64,000 nt of DNA, taken from NCBI GenBank assembly GCA_963842525.1, contig CAWJGT010000001.1:128001-192000 (forward strand), written 5' to 3'. The notes below the pieces were generated by a model. That model searched no databases. It was not told the DNA's origin and was given only the letters and a program-made list of their open reading frames with translations. This stretch comes from an uncultured Holophagales bacterium. GTDB lineage: Bacteria > Acidobacteriota > Thermoanaerobaculia > Multivoradales > UBA5704. Shown here piece after piece: positions 41,729 to 59,672 of this stretch. The translations under genes and the position numbers were made by a program. Positions within the stretch are counted from its first letter, which is position 1; each line of letters opens with the position of its first letter.

Positions 41729-43075
41729 ATGAGCGTTGTGGTTTCCCTCGAGGATGTCGGCCCCTGCCGCAAGCAGCTCACCGTCGAGGTGCCTGCCCCT
41801 GCGGTCGAGGCCGAAGAGCAGCGTGTGATCCATGAATACGGCAGCAAGGCGCGCATCCCGGGCTTCCGCAAGGGCAAGGTGCCGACCAAGCTGGTCCGCC
41901 AGCGGTTCGCCAAGGAGATCGAGCGCGAGGTCGTCGACCGCCTCCTGCCCCGCTATTGGCGGCAGGCCCAGGCCGAGAGCTCGATCGAGCCGCTGCTGCC
42001 GCCCGAGGTCGACGAGGTCCGCGAGCGCCAGCCCGGCGAGCCGCTGACCTTCGTGGCCACCGTCGAGACCCGCCCGCAGATCGAGCTGCGCAACATCAGC
42101 GACTTCGACCTGCCCAACCCGTCGATCGACCCGGGCGATATGGAGATCGACGATGCCGTGAACGACCTGCGGCGCCGCATGGGCAACTGGGTGACGGCCG
42201 ACCGCTCCGCCGTGCGGGGCGACCGGGTGGTGACCGAGATCACCTCGCTCTCGGGCGCGCACGGCGAGCCCTCCGAGGGAGCCGAGCCGCCGACCAACAC
42301 GATCACCGTCGAGCTGGGCGACGAAGCGGTCTGGGAGGAGCTCACCCTGGCCCTCTCCGGCCTCGCCGCCGGCCAGGAAACCACCTTCACGCGCCGCCAC
42401 GAGCATCCCGCACCCCAAGGAGGGGATCAACCGGAGGGCGGCGAGCCCGTCGTCCACGAGCAACCGTTCCGCGTCCGCGCCAAGGAGGTCCAGGAGCGCG
42501 AGCTGCCGCCGCTCGACGACGACTTCGCACGCAAGGTGAGCCCGCAGCTCGAGAGCGTCGAGCAGCTCCGCGAGGCGATCATCCGCGAGCTGCGGCGCGG
42601 CAAGACCGAGCAGCGCGACGAGGTGCGCCAGCGCGCCCTGCTCGACCAGCTCCGCGAGCGCCACCCGCTCGACCTCCCCCAGGGGGTCGTGCGCAAGGAG
42701 GTGGAGGGCCTGGTCCAGGACTACGCCGAGTCGCTGGCGCGGCGCGGCGTCGATCTCGACAAGGCGCAGCTCGACTGGAACCGCATCGGCGGCGACATGC
42801 TCCCCCTGGCCGAGCGGCGGGTGCACGCCCGCCTCCTGCTCGACGCCATTGCCGACGCCGAGGCGCTCCAGGTCTCGGAGGAGGAGTTCGAGCGCACCCT
42901 CGCCGCGGTGGCGCGCGCCCAGAACACCACGACGCCGGCGCTGCGCCGCTCGCTGGACGAGAACGGACGGCTGACCGCCCTGCGCCAGCAGCTCCGTCGC
43001 GACAAGACGATCCGGCACCTGCTCGGGGAAGAGCCTGCCGCGGCGGCGGCCCCCGAAGTGCCCGAGGAAGCTTAG
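41729..43075 (+). CDS. tig: Trigger factor
   Basis: [10 protein letters not shown] ribosome-binding signature; position before clpP. Confidence 0.93.
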   Translation: MSVVVSLEDVGPCRKQLTVEVPAPAVEAEEQRVIHEYGSKARIPGFRKGKVPTKLVRQRFAKEIEREVVDRLLPRYWRQAQAESSIEPLLPPEVDEVRERQPGEPLTFVATVETRPQIELRNISDFDLPNPSIDPGDMEIDDAVNDLRRRMGNWVTADRSAVRGDRVVTEITSLSGAHGEPSEGAEPPTNTITVELGDEAVWEELTLALSGLAAGQETTFTRRHEHPAPQGGDQPEGGEPVVHEQPFRVRAKEVQERELPPLDDDFARKVSPQLESVEQLREAIIRELRRGKTEQRDEVRQRALLDQLRERHPLDLPQGVVRKEVEGLVQDYAESLARRGVDLDKAQLDWNRIGGDMLPLAERRVHARLLLDAIADAEALQVSEEEFERTLAAVARAQNTTTPALRRSLDENGRLTALRQQLRRDKTIRHLLGEEPAAAAAPEVPEEA

Positions 43076-43089
43076 GAGACTCTGTGAAC

Positions 43090-43686
43090 ATGCTGATTCC
43101 GATGGTGGTGGAACAGACGAACCGGGGCGAGCGCGCGTATGACATCTACTCGCGCCTGCTCAAGGACAACATCATCTTCCTGGGGCGGGCGATCGACGAC
43201 GACGTCGCGAGCCTGCTCATCGCCCAGATGTTGTTCCTGGAGGCGGAGAACCCGGAGAAGGACATTTCGATCTACATCAACTCGCCGGGCGGCTCGATCA
43301 GCGCCGGCATGGCGATCTATGACACGATGCAGTACATCAAGCCGGACGTGTCGACCTACTGCGTGGGACAGGCGGCCTCGATGGCAGCGGTCTTGCTGGC
43401 GGCTGGCGCCAAGGGGAAGCGGACCGTTCTCCCCAACAGCCGCGTCCTCATCCACCAGCCGTGGATGCAGGGCCTGGGGGGCCAGCAGAGCGACATCGAG
43501 ATCCATGCCCGGGACATGTTGATGATGCGGGACCGTCTGGATGAAATCCTGGCCTTCCATACCGGCAAGTCGAAGGAGGACATCCACCGGGACACCGACC
43601 GCGACAGGATCCTGAGCGCGACGGAAGCGGTCGAATACGGGATGGTGGACCGGGTGATGCTGCGGCGGCAGTTGGCGCCGCGGTGA
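43090..43686 (+). CDS. clpP: ATP-dependent Clp protease proteolytic subunit
   Basis: [27 protein letters not shown]. Confidence 0.97.
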   Translation: MLIPMVVEQTNRGERAYDIYSRLLKDNIIFLGRAIDDDVASLLIAQMLFLEAENPEKDISIYINSPGGSISAGMAIYDTMQYIKPDVSTYCVGQAASMAAVLLAAGAKGKRTVLPNSRVLIHQPWMQGLGGQQSDIEIHARDMLMMRDRLDEILAFHTGKSKEDIHRDTDRDRILSATEAVEYGMVDRVMLRRQLAPR

Positions 43687-43892
43687 CCCCTTTCGGGGCT
43701 CTCCGCGCACCTCTGAAGGTAAGGAGGAGCTCTCGAAACAGCAGTCCGGCCGGCCGTTTGAAGCAGCGGGCGGGTGCCGCGGAATAGGTTTCCCCGTGGC
43801 CCCTGTTTTCACTGGCAAGGTTGACACGGGTTTCGTTTGCTCCTTAGCATGACCGCAGATTCCGGTCACCAAGGCCCGCCAACGGAGGAGAA

Positions 43893-45131
<1,239 letters not shown>

Positions 45132-45154
45132 CGGCCGGAGAGATTCAGACGGAC

Positions 45155-47572
<2,418 letters not shown>

Positions 47573-47674
47573 CCTAGAGCGGAGCCGCGGAGGCCCGGCG
47601 CCGGCGCCTGCCGGCGCAACCTTCGCGGCCCCGAAACCGTTGAAAAGTCCGTTGCGGTCGGCCGGACAGGTCGC

Positions 47675-48296
47675 TTGAAGATCGAGACCGCGGAATTCGT
47701 CCGCTCCGCTCACACGAGCGGAGACTTCCAGCGGGACGGGCGTCCTGAGGTCGCCTTCGTCGGGCGTTCCAACGTCGGCAAGTCGAGCCTGATGAACCGG
47801 CTGCTGGGGCGCCGCGGGCTGGCCAAGACCAGCTCGACGCCGGGCCGGACGCGGTCGATCAACTACTTCCTGGTCAACCGGCGCTTCTGGTTCGTGGACC
47901 TGCCGGGCTACGGCTACGCCAAGGCCGGGAAGGACGAGCGGCGGGAGTGGGCGGCGCTGGTGGAGGCGTATCTCCACGCGGAGCAGCCCGAGGCCCTCCG
48001 GAAGCACCGGAAGACGGTGGTGCTGCTCGTCGACGGGAAGGTCGGGGCGACGCCGCTCGACGTGCAGGCGTACGGGTACCTGGGCAGCCTGGGAGCCGCG
48101 ATCATCGTCGTGGCGACCAAGATCGACCAGGTGCCCCGCGGCCGCAGAGTGCGCGCTCTGCGCCAGGTCCGGGAGGCTCTCGGCCTGGAGGAGACAACCC
48201 CCCTCATCGCCGTGTCCGCGCTTTCGGGCGATGGGATGAAGGAGCTTCTGGGGCGCCGTCGCGTCCCAGTTGGAATCGAGCACAAGAGAAGGATGA
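47675..48296 (+). CDS. engB: Ribosome biogenesis GTPase EngB/YihA (probable +1 error near 48247)
   Basis: [19 protein letters not shown]; removing one base gives [18 protein letters not shown]-stop. Confidence 0.9.
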
Positions 48297-48316
48297 TTCA
48301 AAGGACGAGGAACAAC

Positions 48317-49618
<1,302 letters not shown>

Positions 49619-49627
49619 GGGGCGGCC

Positions 49628-50422
49628 TTGCCGAAGCTGCGCGTCGGCATCGTCAACTTCCTGAACAGCAAGCCGCTGGCCTGGGGCTTCCTCAAGGGGC
49701 ACCACGCCGATTTGTTCGCGCCGAGCTATCACCCGCCGGCGCAGGTGGCCCGGATGCTGAGTCAGGGGAACCTCGATGTCGGCCTCATTCCCTCGATCGA
49801 GGTGCAACGGATCCCGCGGCTGCGGGTGCTGCCGGACCTCTGTGTCGCCGCGCGGCACGAGGTGCGGAGCGTCCTGCTCGTCTCCCGCTGCGCCCCCGAG
49901 GAGATCCGCAAGGTCGCCCTCGACCAGAACAGCCGGACCTCGGTCACCCTGCTGCGCATCCTGCTGCGCGAGCGCTGGGGTCTCGACCCGGAGTACATCC
50001 ACGAGCGCCCCGACCCCGAGCGGATGCTCGCCGAGGCGGACGCCGCCCTGGTGATCGGCGACCCGGCGTTGCGGGTCGACCGCGACCGCTACCACATCGT
50101 CGATCTGGCGGCCGAGTGGCACACCCTGACCGGCCTCCCCTTCGTCTTCGCCGTCTGGGCGGTGCGGCCGGATGTGGAGCTGCCCGATCTCCCCTTCTAC
50201 TTCAAGAGCAGCCTGCGCTACGGCCTCTCGTCGCTCGACACCCTGGTGCGCGAATCGGCCGCCGAGCTGGGGCTCGACAGCGACGAGGTGCGCGCGTACC
50301 TGACCGACAACCTGAGCTTCTTCCTGCGCCGCGAGGAGATCGACGGCCTGGAGGAATTCTACCGGCGGGCCCACGCCCACGGCCTGATCCTGGAGCCGAA
50401 ACCCATCGAGTTCTGGGAGTGA
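49628..50422 (+). CDS. mqnA: Chorismate dehydratase (futalosine menaquinone pathway)
   Basis: FLNSKPL, SRTSV, LVIGD, TGLPFVFAVW; adjacent to mqnC. Confidence 0.88.
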   Translation: MPKLRVGIVNFLNSKPLAWGFLKGHHADLFAPSYHPPAQVARMLSQGNLDVGLIPSIEVQRIPRLRVLPDLCVAARHEVRSVLLVSRCAPEEIRKVALDQNSRTSVTLLRILLRERWGLDPEYIHERPDPERMLAEADAALVIGDPALRVDRDRYHIVDLAAEWHTLTGLPFVFAVWAVRPDVELPDLPFYFKSSLRYGLSSLDTLVRESAAELGLDSDEVRAYLTDNLSFFLRREEIDGLEEFYRRAHAHGLILEPKPIEFWE

Positions 50423-50454
50423 TCCCGTCGCCTTTGAGGTAAAGTAAGGCTGTT

Positions 50455-51642
<1,188 letters not shown>

Positions 51643-51752
51643 GTAAGGGGAGCGTCGAGAAAGTTCCGGGCGACCAGTCACGGCCCTTGTCCCGGCGGAG
51701 TTGGAGTATAGCCGCCAGCTAGCTGCGGAGTTCGAGGCTACGGGCCCGCCAC

Positions 51753-54700
51753 ATGAATCTTTCCATCAGTGCCAGCGACATTGAAAAGGCCTTGGCTGAC
51801 CTTGTCTCACACGAGGAGGGGACGAGATTCCAGCGTCTGGCGGTTGTCCTCGCAAGGCAGAGGTGGAGTGAACTCATTGCGTGTGAACGCAAGTGGGATC
51901 TTGGGTTGGATGCGTACGCAGAATCCGTGCTCTCTCCTGATGGAGTCGGCAAAGGCCTTGCGTGCTCACTGACGGCCAAAATTCAGAAAATCAAGGGCGA
52001 CGCTGCCAAGATCCATAAGAACTACCCAGACGTGAAGATTTTGATCTTCGCGACGCCATCCCCCGTCACTCAGCACACAAAGAGTAAGTGGGAGAAGGAT
52101 GTCTTAAAAGAATTTGGCTACAAGCTGGTTGTCCTCTCTCGCGAGGCATTCATCGCCGATTTATTGAATCCCTCCAACGCATCGATCTGCCGAACCCTGT
52201 TGCGCATCAATGTCCCTTTTCAAGAATCAGACGGGGAGATCCTCGAGAGAGCGAGGCTTGCAGCCTACGCAGTGACAGAATCCTGGACTGCACATAGGCG
52301 ACTTGCTGGGAAGCCGATAATTGCGCTTCAAGCTGTCAAGCTCGATGAAGCAGGCAAAGAGACCATAGGTACGCTGTCGGACGAAAACATCTATGCCGCA
52401 TTGATGGAAGGTCGTCGGGTAGTGCTCGAAGCTCCTGCGGGGCGAGGCAAGACAACGACACTAATCGAACTCGCAAAACGCAGCGATTCTAAAGTTGTAA
52501 CGCTCCTAGTAGATCTGCCTGCCTGGATACACTCGCATAGAAACGTTCTTGAGTATATAGCATCATCGCCCCAATATAGGTCCCAGAGCGTCGATGTTGA
52601 CGCACTCTCCAAGCTTTCTGCGGGAACTCACTTCATCTTTCTTCTGAATGGCTGGAACGAAGTTGCGGACGCCAATGAAGCCACGAGGGTTTTGATGGAA
52701 CTAGACCGGGACTTCCCAGCAGCTGGGATCATCGTCGCAACGCGTACTCACTATGTAAGCCCGCCGCTCCCGGGATCACTCCGGGCCAGGCTTCTTCCCC
52801 TCAATCGCTCGCAGCGACGAGAGTACTTGACGCGATCACTAGGCAGCCAAGCAGAAACACTCGATTCGAAAATCGCCAATGATCCGGTGCTGGATGACCT
52901 AACTAGAACTCCGTTGTTTCTTGCGGAGGTCACGACGATCTTCCGTTCAGGTGGTTCAATACCAACAACAAAGAGGGGGGTCCTTGATGCAGTGATACGC
53001 TTGTTGGAAGGGTCTGCGGAGCACAGAGATGGACTTCATGGGCCTCCACTTACGGGCCACGCCGCTTACTATCTCGCTGAGCTAGCGACCCAAATGACAA
53101 CCCTGGGGGAGGTGTCTCTTTCAGCGGAGGAAGCGCGCCGGGCTTCTCGCATGGTGAGTGTTAGATTGCGTGATGATGGACAAATTGCGACGTTGCCAGA
53201 GCCGGCATCTGTTCTAGGCACACTTTGTGCGCATCATGTCCTGGAGAGATTCGATTATCCTCGCGTCGAGTTTCGATTCGAGCATCAACAATTCCAAGAG
53301 TTCTATGCCGCATCACTATTGAAGTCTCAACTCTTGGAAGCTATTAGAAACGACGATGAGGACGGAACTCGACGATTTGTAAGGAAATATCTGAACGAAC
53401 CGCGTTGGGAGGAGCCGCTTCTTATGATCGCCGAAGAGATCGGGGCGGCAAGTCGCGAGGCACCTGGAGACGCCGAGCTCCTCAGAGTGGGGAAGGCTCT
53501 GGTTGAAAGAGCGCTCAGCGTAGATCCTATATTTAGTGCGAAGCTTTCACGGCGCTGCGGCGCCCGCGTATGGGACAAGCTTAAAGGCCTAGTTGGCGCG
53601 CGCTTGCGTTCATGGTATCGCGTGCCCGATGCGCGTCATCGGGAGTGTGCGTTGGCAGCTATGCTTGCCACTGGTTCTGACGACTTCGCGGATGTAAGTA
53701 TACCGCTCCTCACTAGCGATAATGAACAAACGCGGCTGGCTGCATATCGTGCTGCGGGGGAATTTTACGTCTCTAGCTTGGGCTCAAACTGGAAGAATGT
53801 AGTGAGCAGATGGGGTGAGGGAGCACGCATCACGTTCGTTACTGAGTTGATCTATAGTCGTTGGGACCTTGAACCGGTTGTGCGCTTTGCCGAAGGTGAC
53901 CCAAGTCCAAGAGTTCGAACTGGCAGCGGTTGAGGCGCTAAGGTGGGTTGGATCTGAGACAGATATAACACGTCTCTTGTTCGCTCTGAATGCGGAGGAC
54001 TTTGAGGCCGCTGTTCAGCGGCTGTTGCTAGAAAGAGTACCAGTCGCTATGAGAGGCCGTGCAATTGCGATCTACCTCAAGGGATTAGAGGATTCGGCGG
54101 ATGCACCAGCGCGCCTCCGTATCATGCTCGCTCTTGACCGAGCTGGTGTTGCAAGTACTCCAGAGAAGTGGCAGGAAGAATTAAACCAGCTACAAGGCGG
54201 CCGTATGGTTGCCGACCTCGAGCCACTACTCGTAGCTTGTCTGGATATTCTTCTAAAGACAGACCCACAATGGGTCAGTCACTGGGTAGCGAGTCGGATC
54301 GTGGAGGGATCTCTATGGTGTGAAAGATGGATACACCTCGTAACGAGTGTTCCGGATTCTTTGAAGGAGCACCTCCTCGAAAGGCTAAGCGGAGAGGGGC
54401 TTCAACATCGAGAAGCGTCGGATGCGATCGCAGTTCTGGCGACAACTGCAGACGTTTCTCTAGTGAAGCATGCGTTCGGCAAGCTTCGCAATATCAGGAG
54501 TGGCCTCTCTCTCGATGATGCAGGTAATGAAGCTCGATGGGCGGTTGTCAGGCAGTTGGATGATCTAATCAGAGCTCTGCCGGCCGCCGTTGCTGTTGAG
54601 GGTTCTTTAGAGTGCCCGGCAGAGACTTTTGATGGAGTCGACTTTCTTGTATTGATCGAATTGCTAAGTTCATTTGGCCGGGATTCCCCTGATCTTAGAG

Positions 54701-56313
54701 ACGAATTGCCCGAGGAGCTGCGTGAAGACCTGCGGAGATCTTTGAAAGCAGGCATGCCGTTTGTTCTGAGCCAAGAAGACTTCAGTGGCAAGATGAAGGC
54801 GGATTTGGTATCCGCGCTGGCCCGCGTAGGGCGGCCGGAAGACATGGTCGATTTGCGCGAGCTTATCTGGGCCGATGTAGAACGGGTCCGGACAGGGCGC
54901 GAAGCCTATGCTCGTGGCGAGCGCAGCGCTATGACGAACGGCTCTTCTATGAGCTATGCTAATTGGAACGTCAGAGCCACAGTTCACCTGGATAGGGAGA
55001 CGGCCGAAGCCGTACTTGTAGAGCTCCTTCAGGCGCCCGAGTATGAGGGGGATGCTGCCCGAGCGCTTCTACTCTTGGCTAGTAGGGGTAAGTACGGTGA
55101 GGAGCGAGCGGTCTACAGGAAGGATTATAGCGGCATTTGGGAGGCGCGATCTAACAAACAGCTTGTCGGGTTTGACGAGGAACTCCGTCAACGTGCTGCG
55201 GGCGCCCTCAAGAACCGCATGCTGGCGCTTTTGGGAGAGCGGGAGGCCCAGGGACAGATTGGGGCACTCGATCATCGATTGAAACAGCTAGCCAAAGTGC
55301 TTGCTGCGCTTGATCCGCGTGACTCAGCTCAACTAGTCATGGACGTTTTAGCTTTGCCTGGCGATTGGGATGGCTGGACACGTGCCGATGCACTTAGCGC
55401 TCTACTGTTCGGCGGCGCTTCATTACCAGCAGGTCGTGTCTTTGCCGTCCTGCGTCCGACCATCGAGATGTTGCATGAGCGCTTGTACGAGAGCACCCAA
55501 AACATGGATCTACTAACGAGGTGCCTCTGTTTGCTACCGTTTGTTGACACCCCCTCCACTGGCATCGAGAGGTTACGCAGTGTCCTGTCGGAAATCAGGC
55601 TTCCGCCGTATGAGGTTCGAGAGATAGTGACAGCGCTCGGATATAGCCGCTGCAACGAGGCCTTGGCTCTGCTCCGAGAACTCGCGTGCGCTGACGGAAG
55701 TGGTCTGCGAGGTATATCGAGAGAGTGGATAGATGCTGTTGCTACAATCTCCGCCCCGGGTTCGACGGAACTATTAATGAGCTTTATAGATGCTGCAGAA
55801 ACAGGCCTCGATTGCGAGTTGGATATAGACAACTACAGCGACGAGCTGTTGGCTCGACGGCTAGCTGACGTGGTGCGTTCAGAAGCATCCATCTTGACGC
55901 GTCTATTACAACTGTGCGAAATGGAACTATCGCTAGCAAGGCGCCTGCTGCTTTCAAAGGTGATCGCGCAGGTGGGAGCCCCGGATGCGGTTTTGGCCGG
56001 CCTTAACCTAATCGACGATAATCTAACTCCGTCTGTTCCGCATGATCTAGGAAGAGCAATCGAAACAGTTGTCCTTGAGAGGCGTCCGTATGGCCAGGCG
56101 GGCAGCTTCACTCTTAGTCCACGAGAATCCAGCCAGATTAGGGCTCGGCTTTTTGCTATGGCCTTAGACGACGATAGGAGAAAGCAGTCAGCTTTTGTGC
56201 TGTTGGGACAAATTGAAGCTTGGCGCCTGCGGTTGGGAAGACCAATGGCTGAGAGTCGGCATCCGGCGTTCGATTCAGGTGAACCATGGCCGCCACTCAG
56301 GGAAGGCGAGTAA
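51753..56313 (+). CDS. Large STAND/NACHT protein (about 1520 aa) with N-terminal restriction-endonuclease-like domain and helical repeats; +1 frameshift near 53918
   Basis: FQRLA...DLGLDA N-domain, Walker A APAGRGKTT, RTPLFL, FEHQQFQEF; removing one A gives PSPRVRLAAVEAL; lower GC than flanks. Confidence 0.78.
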
Positions 56314-56539
56314 CAGCGAGTGCCTGAGGTCGGCTTGCAGAAGGCTCACCATGGCCAATGGACTTGACGCAAAGCAATCCAAGGCTGGCTGAGATCGAAG
56401 CCGCGGCTGCCAGGGTGCGGGAGCAGGCCGGCATCCCCTCGCTGAGACCGAAGGCGATCCTGCGTCAGAGGTTCGACACCTCCGGGGAGAGAGTGCCCTG
56501 CTGACGTGGCTTGCCTGCCATGATAGTTTACCTTGTGCG

Positions 56540-57403
56540 ATGAGCATCTACGCCACCCTTTGGCGGCTCAAGTTCCCTCGCTATGGGGACGACCACACGG
56601 ACTGCGAGTGGATCGGGGTCATAGCTCAGGGCGTCCCGGCTCATATAGGCACCCCCACGCCTGGCTACGGCTACGAAGAGGGGGACCCTTATTCGAGCTT
56701 CCTGCCGCCCGCCATAGAGGCTTCCCCCAATGAGGAGGGCCGCTTACTTCGTGCGGTGGTGATCGTCACCGAGGGAACACCCAAGGGGACGGAGCGTTCC
56801 GTACAGGAGTACGTCAACCCGCTCCTGACCCTGTCCGGAAAGGCATATGCCACCCTGTTGTTCGGGGAACTCCACGAGAGGATCTGCAACGCACTGCGAG
56901 GCGGCCAGCCGCGCTGGATCGCGGAGTCATGGAACTCGGACGGCAACGTCCAGCTCTTGTTCGAGGACGGCTCGTCGAAGGTCATCCGGCCGAGGCCTGA
57001 GAGACCGCGGAACCAGACCAACTCCCTCGCGGCCCTCCCTAAGCCGTCCCCAGGCGCCCCTCTCCAGCAACTGCACGACCCTGTGACTGGTCGCCTGGAC
57101 GCTTCGAAAGTGGCGGACTATCTCAGTGTGCCACTCAACCAGCTCTCGGGAGCACTGGGGAAGAATTATTCGTCGGTCCACAAGACCCCGGCGGCCGTGT
57201 CCCTCCAGCCCCGACTGCGCTCGATCAAGAGAATCCTCGAAATCCTGGAGCAGGTCTTTCCAAGTCGTTCCTCGGTGCTCGCCTGGCTCAACTGTCCGCA
57301 CCCGGACCTGGGAGGGCGGACACCTCTTGCAGTGATCCTCGAAGGATATCCTGATGCCGTCGAGGACATGCTTGAAGGGGCGCTACTGGGAATCCCCTCC
57401 TGA
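56540..57403 (+). CDS. Unknown N-terminal domain fused to an Xre/MbcA/ParS-type antitoxin domain
   Basis: C-terminal VLAWLNCPHPDLGGRTPL...G.P preceded by an HTH-like segment. Confidence 0.7.
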   Translation: MSIYATLWRLKFPRYGDDHTDCEWIGVIAQGVPAHIGTPTPGYGYEEGDPYSSFLPPAIEASPNEEGRLLRAVVIVTEGTPKGTERSVQEYVNPLLTLSGKAYATLLFGELHERICNALRGGQPRWIAESWNSDGNVQLLFEDGSSKVIRPRPERPRNQTNSLAALPKPSPGAPLQQLHDPVTGRLDASKVADYLSVPLNQLSGALGKNYSSVHKTPAAVSLQPRLRSIKRILEILEQVFPSRSSVLAWLNCPHPDLGGRTPLAVILEGYPDAVEDMLEGALLGIPS

Positions 57404-57473
57404 GTGCTTCCTGAACGCGACCTCCGGGACGCTCTGCTTTGTTTGCCGCTCAGGTGCCCCTCAGGGCCTTTGT

Positions 57474-57542
57474 TGTCCTGTGCGACGGCCGGCTCGCTGC
57501 TGATAGGCCGCACGGAGCACCTCGACGAGCCGATCGTCCACC
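57474..57542. repeat. 69-bp direct repeat, copy 1 (duplicate of the DUF1028 gene 3' end)
   Basis: 63/69 identical to 59677-59745. Confidence 0.85.
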
Positions 57543-57614
57543 TTGGCGAGATCTGTCCGCAATAGTTGACGGCTGGCGTCACGGCGGAGTAGGGTTCCCG
57601 GCCAGACTCCGGCC

Positions 57615-59660
57615 ATGCCGAACTGCGCGTCTCTCGTCGTCAATCTCGCCCTGCTTGCGTCTCCGCTGAGTGCCGCGGTGCGCCCGGTCACCGTGGGCGA
57701 TCTGATGGCTTTGCGCTCTATCGCGGACGTGCGGATCTCGCCGGACGGCCGCCAGGTCGCCTACGTGGTTTCTCAGCCGTCGTTCGAGAAGGACGAGCAC
57801 GAGGCCGTGCTCTACCTGGTGCCCGCCTCCGGCGGCACGCCGGTGCGCCTCACCTACGGCACGCGCATCTTCAACAAGCCGCGGCCAGCTCCTCAACTGC
57901 GCTGGTCGCCCGACGGCACCCAACTCTCCTTCCTCGCCTTCGCCGGCGACTTGCCTCAAGTCTTCGCCCTCGACGTGCGGGCCGGCGAAGCGCGGGCCCT
58001 CACCGCCAATCCGCAGGGCGTCTCCGACTACGTGTGGTCGCCCGACGGCACGCGGCTAGCCTACCTGGCGCCTGACGCGCCTTCGGCGGAGGAAGAGCGG
58101 CAGCGCAAGGAGAAGTCTTTCGTCATCGAGGTGGACCGCCAGGAGCGCCCGGCGCGGGTGTGGGTGCAAGACCTGGCCGGAGGCGCGGCCCGAGCCTTGA
58201 GCCCGCCGCACCACTTCGCCGCCGCCCTCGACTGGTCGCCCGACGGCGCGACCATCGCCTATGCCGCTTCGCTGCAGCCCGGCTTTGTGGGCCAGTTCCA
58301 TACACGCCTCTACGCGCTCCCCGCCTCCGGCGGCGAGCCGCGCGCGATTCGCGCAATTGTCGACCGCGACGGCGTGAACACGTCGCCTCAATACTCGCCC
58401 GACGGCCGGTGGATCGCCTTTCTCTCGACCGGCGGCCGGCCGGAGATGGTCGCGAGTTGGGAGCTCTATCTGGCGCCGGCCGAGGGCGGCGATCCGCAGC
58501 GCCTCCGGAGCCTCACGCCCGATACCTGGGTGGCCGAATTCGTTTGGGCGCCGGACAGCCGCTCGCTTTTCGTGGTGCCCAACATGAGCCCATTGCAACG
58601 CGGCGCACGCATGTTTGAGCAGCCGCTGCTCCGCGTGGGCCTGGATGGCCGCATCGCGGAGCTGCATCCGGGCCCATTCGTCGATTTTTCGCCCTCGCTG
58701 AGCCGCGACGGGCGGCGGATTGCGTTCCGGTCGGTCGAAGCGGCGACCATGGGCGACGTCTTCGTCCTCGATCTCGGCGATCGGAATGATCGGGACGGTC
58801 GCACGCCGCGGCGTCTGACCGAGGTGAACCCGGAGCTCCGGGAGCTGGCGCTGGGGAAGCTTGAGCCCGTCCACTGGACCTCCTTCGACGGCATGGAGAT
58901 CTGGGGTCTGCTGCTCACGCCGCCCGGCACCGGCGGTCTCCGGGACCGCCTGCCGCTGGTGGTCTACGTACACGGCGGCCCGGGCGGCGGCTTCACCTAT
59001 GGGATGTTCCCGCAGTTCATGCACTCCGTGGGACAAGTGGAGCCTTATCCGCTCCAGGCCATGGCGAGCGCCGGGATGGCGGTCCTGCTCCCCATGCCGC
59101 GCGGCGGCGCGGGATACGGCGAGGCCGGCCTCCGCATGATCAAGAACGGCTGGGGCGAAGGCGACTACCGGGACATCATGGCCGGCGTCGACCACCTGGT
59201 GAAGGAGGGCGTGGCTGATCCCGACCGCCTGGGCGTGATGGGCGCCTCCTACGGCGGCTACATGACGGACTGGATCGTCACCCAGACGAGCCGCTTCAAG
59301 GCGGCCTCCGCGATGTGCAGCATCAGCGACCTCGCCGACCTCTACTACCTCTCCGACGGCGGGGACGCCACCGAGGAGTACTTCGGCCTGCCCTGGGAAG
59401 CGCCGGAGGCCTATGCGCGGCATTCGGCCATCACCTACGTCTCCAGGGTCACGACGCCGCTGCTCATCCAGCACGGCGAGAACGACCGCCGCGTGCCGAT
59501 CGCGGGAGCCACCAAGTTTTACAAGGCCCTCAAGAACCAGGGAAAGATCGTGGAGATGGAGATCTACCCCCGCGGCGGGCACGTCATCTACGAGCCCGAC
59601 CTCCAGCAGGAGATCATGCGCCGCAACCTCGAATGGTTCCAGCGGTGGCTCCGGCCCTGA
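57615..59660 (+). CDS. Secreted S9 family peptidase
   Basis: WSPDG repeats, VHGGP, GASYGG, HGENDRRV, GGH. Confidence 0.92.
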   Translation: MPNCASLVVNLALLASPLSAAVRPVTVGDLMALRSIADVRISPDGRQVAYVVSQPSFEKDEHEAVLYLVPASGGTPVRLTYGTRIFNKPRPAPQLRWSPDGTQLSFLAFAGDLPQVFALDVRAGEARALTANPQGVSDYVWSPDGTRLAYLAPDAPSAEEERQRKEKSFVIEVDRQERPARVWVQDLAGGAARALSPPHHFAAALDWSPDGATIAYAASLQPGFVGQFHTRLYALPASGGEPRAIRAIVDRDGVNTSPQYSPDGRWIAFLSTGGRPEMVASWELYLAPAEGGDPQRLRSLTPDTWVAEFVWAPDSRSLFVVPNMSPLQRGARMFEQPLLRVGLDGRIAELHPGPFVDFSPSLSRDGRRIAFRSVEAATMGDVFVLDLGDRNDRDGRTPRRLTEVNPELRELALGKLEPVHWTSFDGMEIWGLLLTPPGTGGLRDRLPLVVYVHGGPGGGFTYGMFPQFMHSVGQVEPYPLQAMASAGMAVLLPMPRGGAGYGEAGLRMIKNGWGEGDYRDIMAGVDHLVKEGVADPDRLGVMGASYGGYMTDWIVTQTSRFKAASAMCSISDLADLYYLSDGGDATEEYFGLPWEAPEAYARHSAITYVSRVTTPLLIQHGENDRRVPIAGATKFYKALKNQGKIVEMEIYPRGGHVIYEPDLQQEIMRRNLEWFQRWLRP

Positions 59661-59672
59661 GGCCAGCGCACC

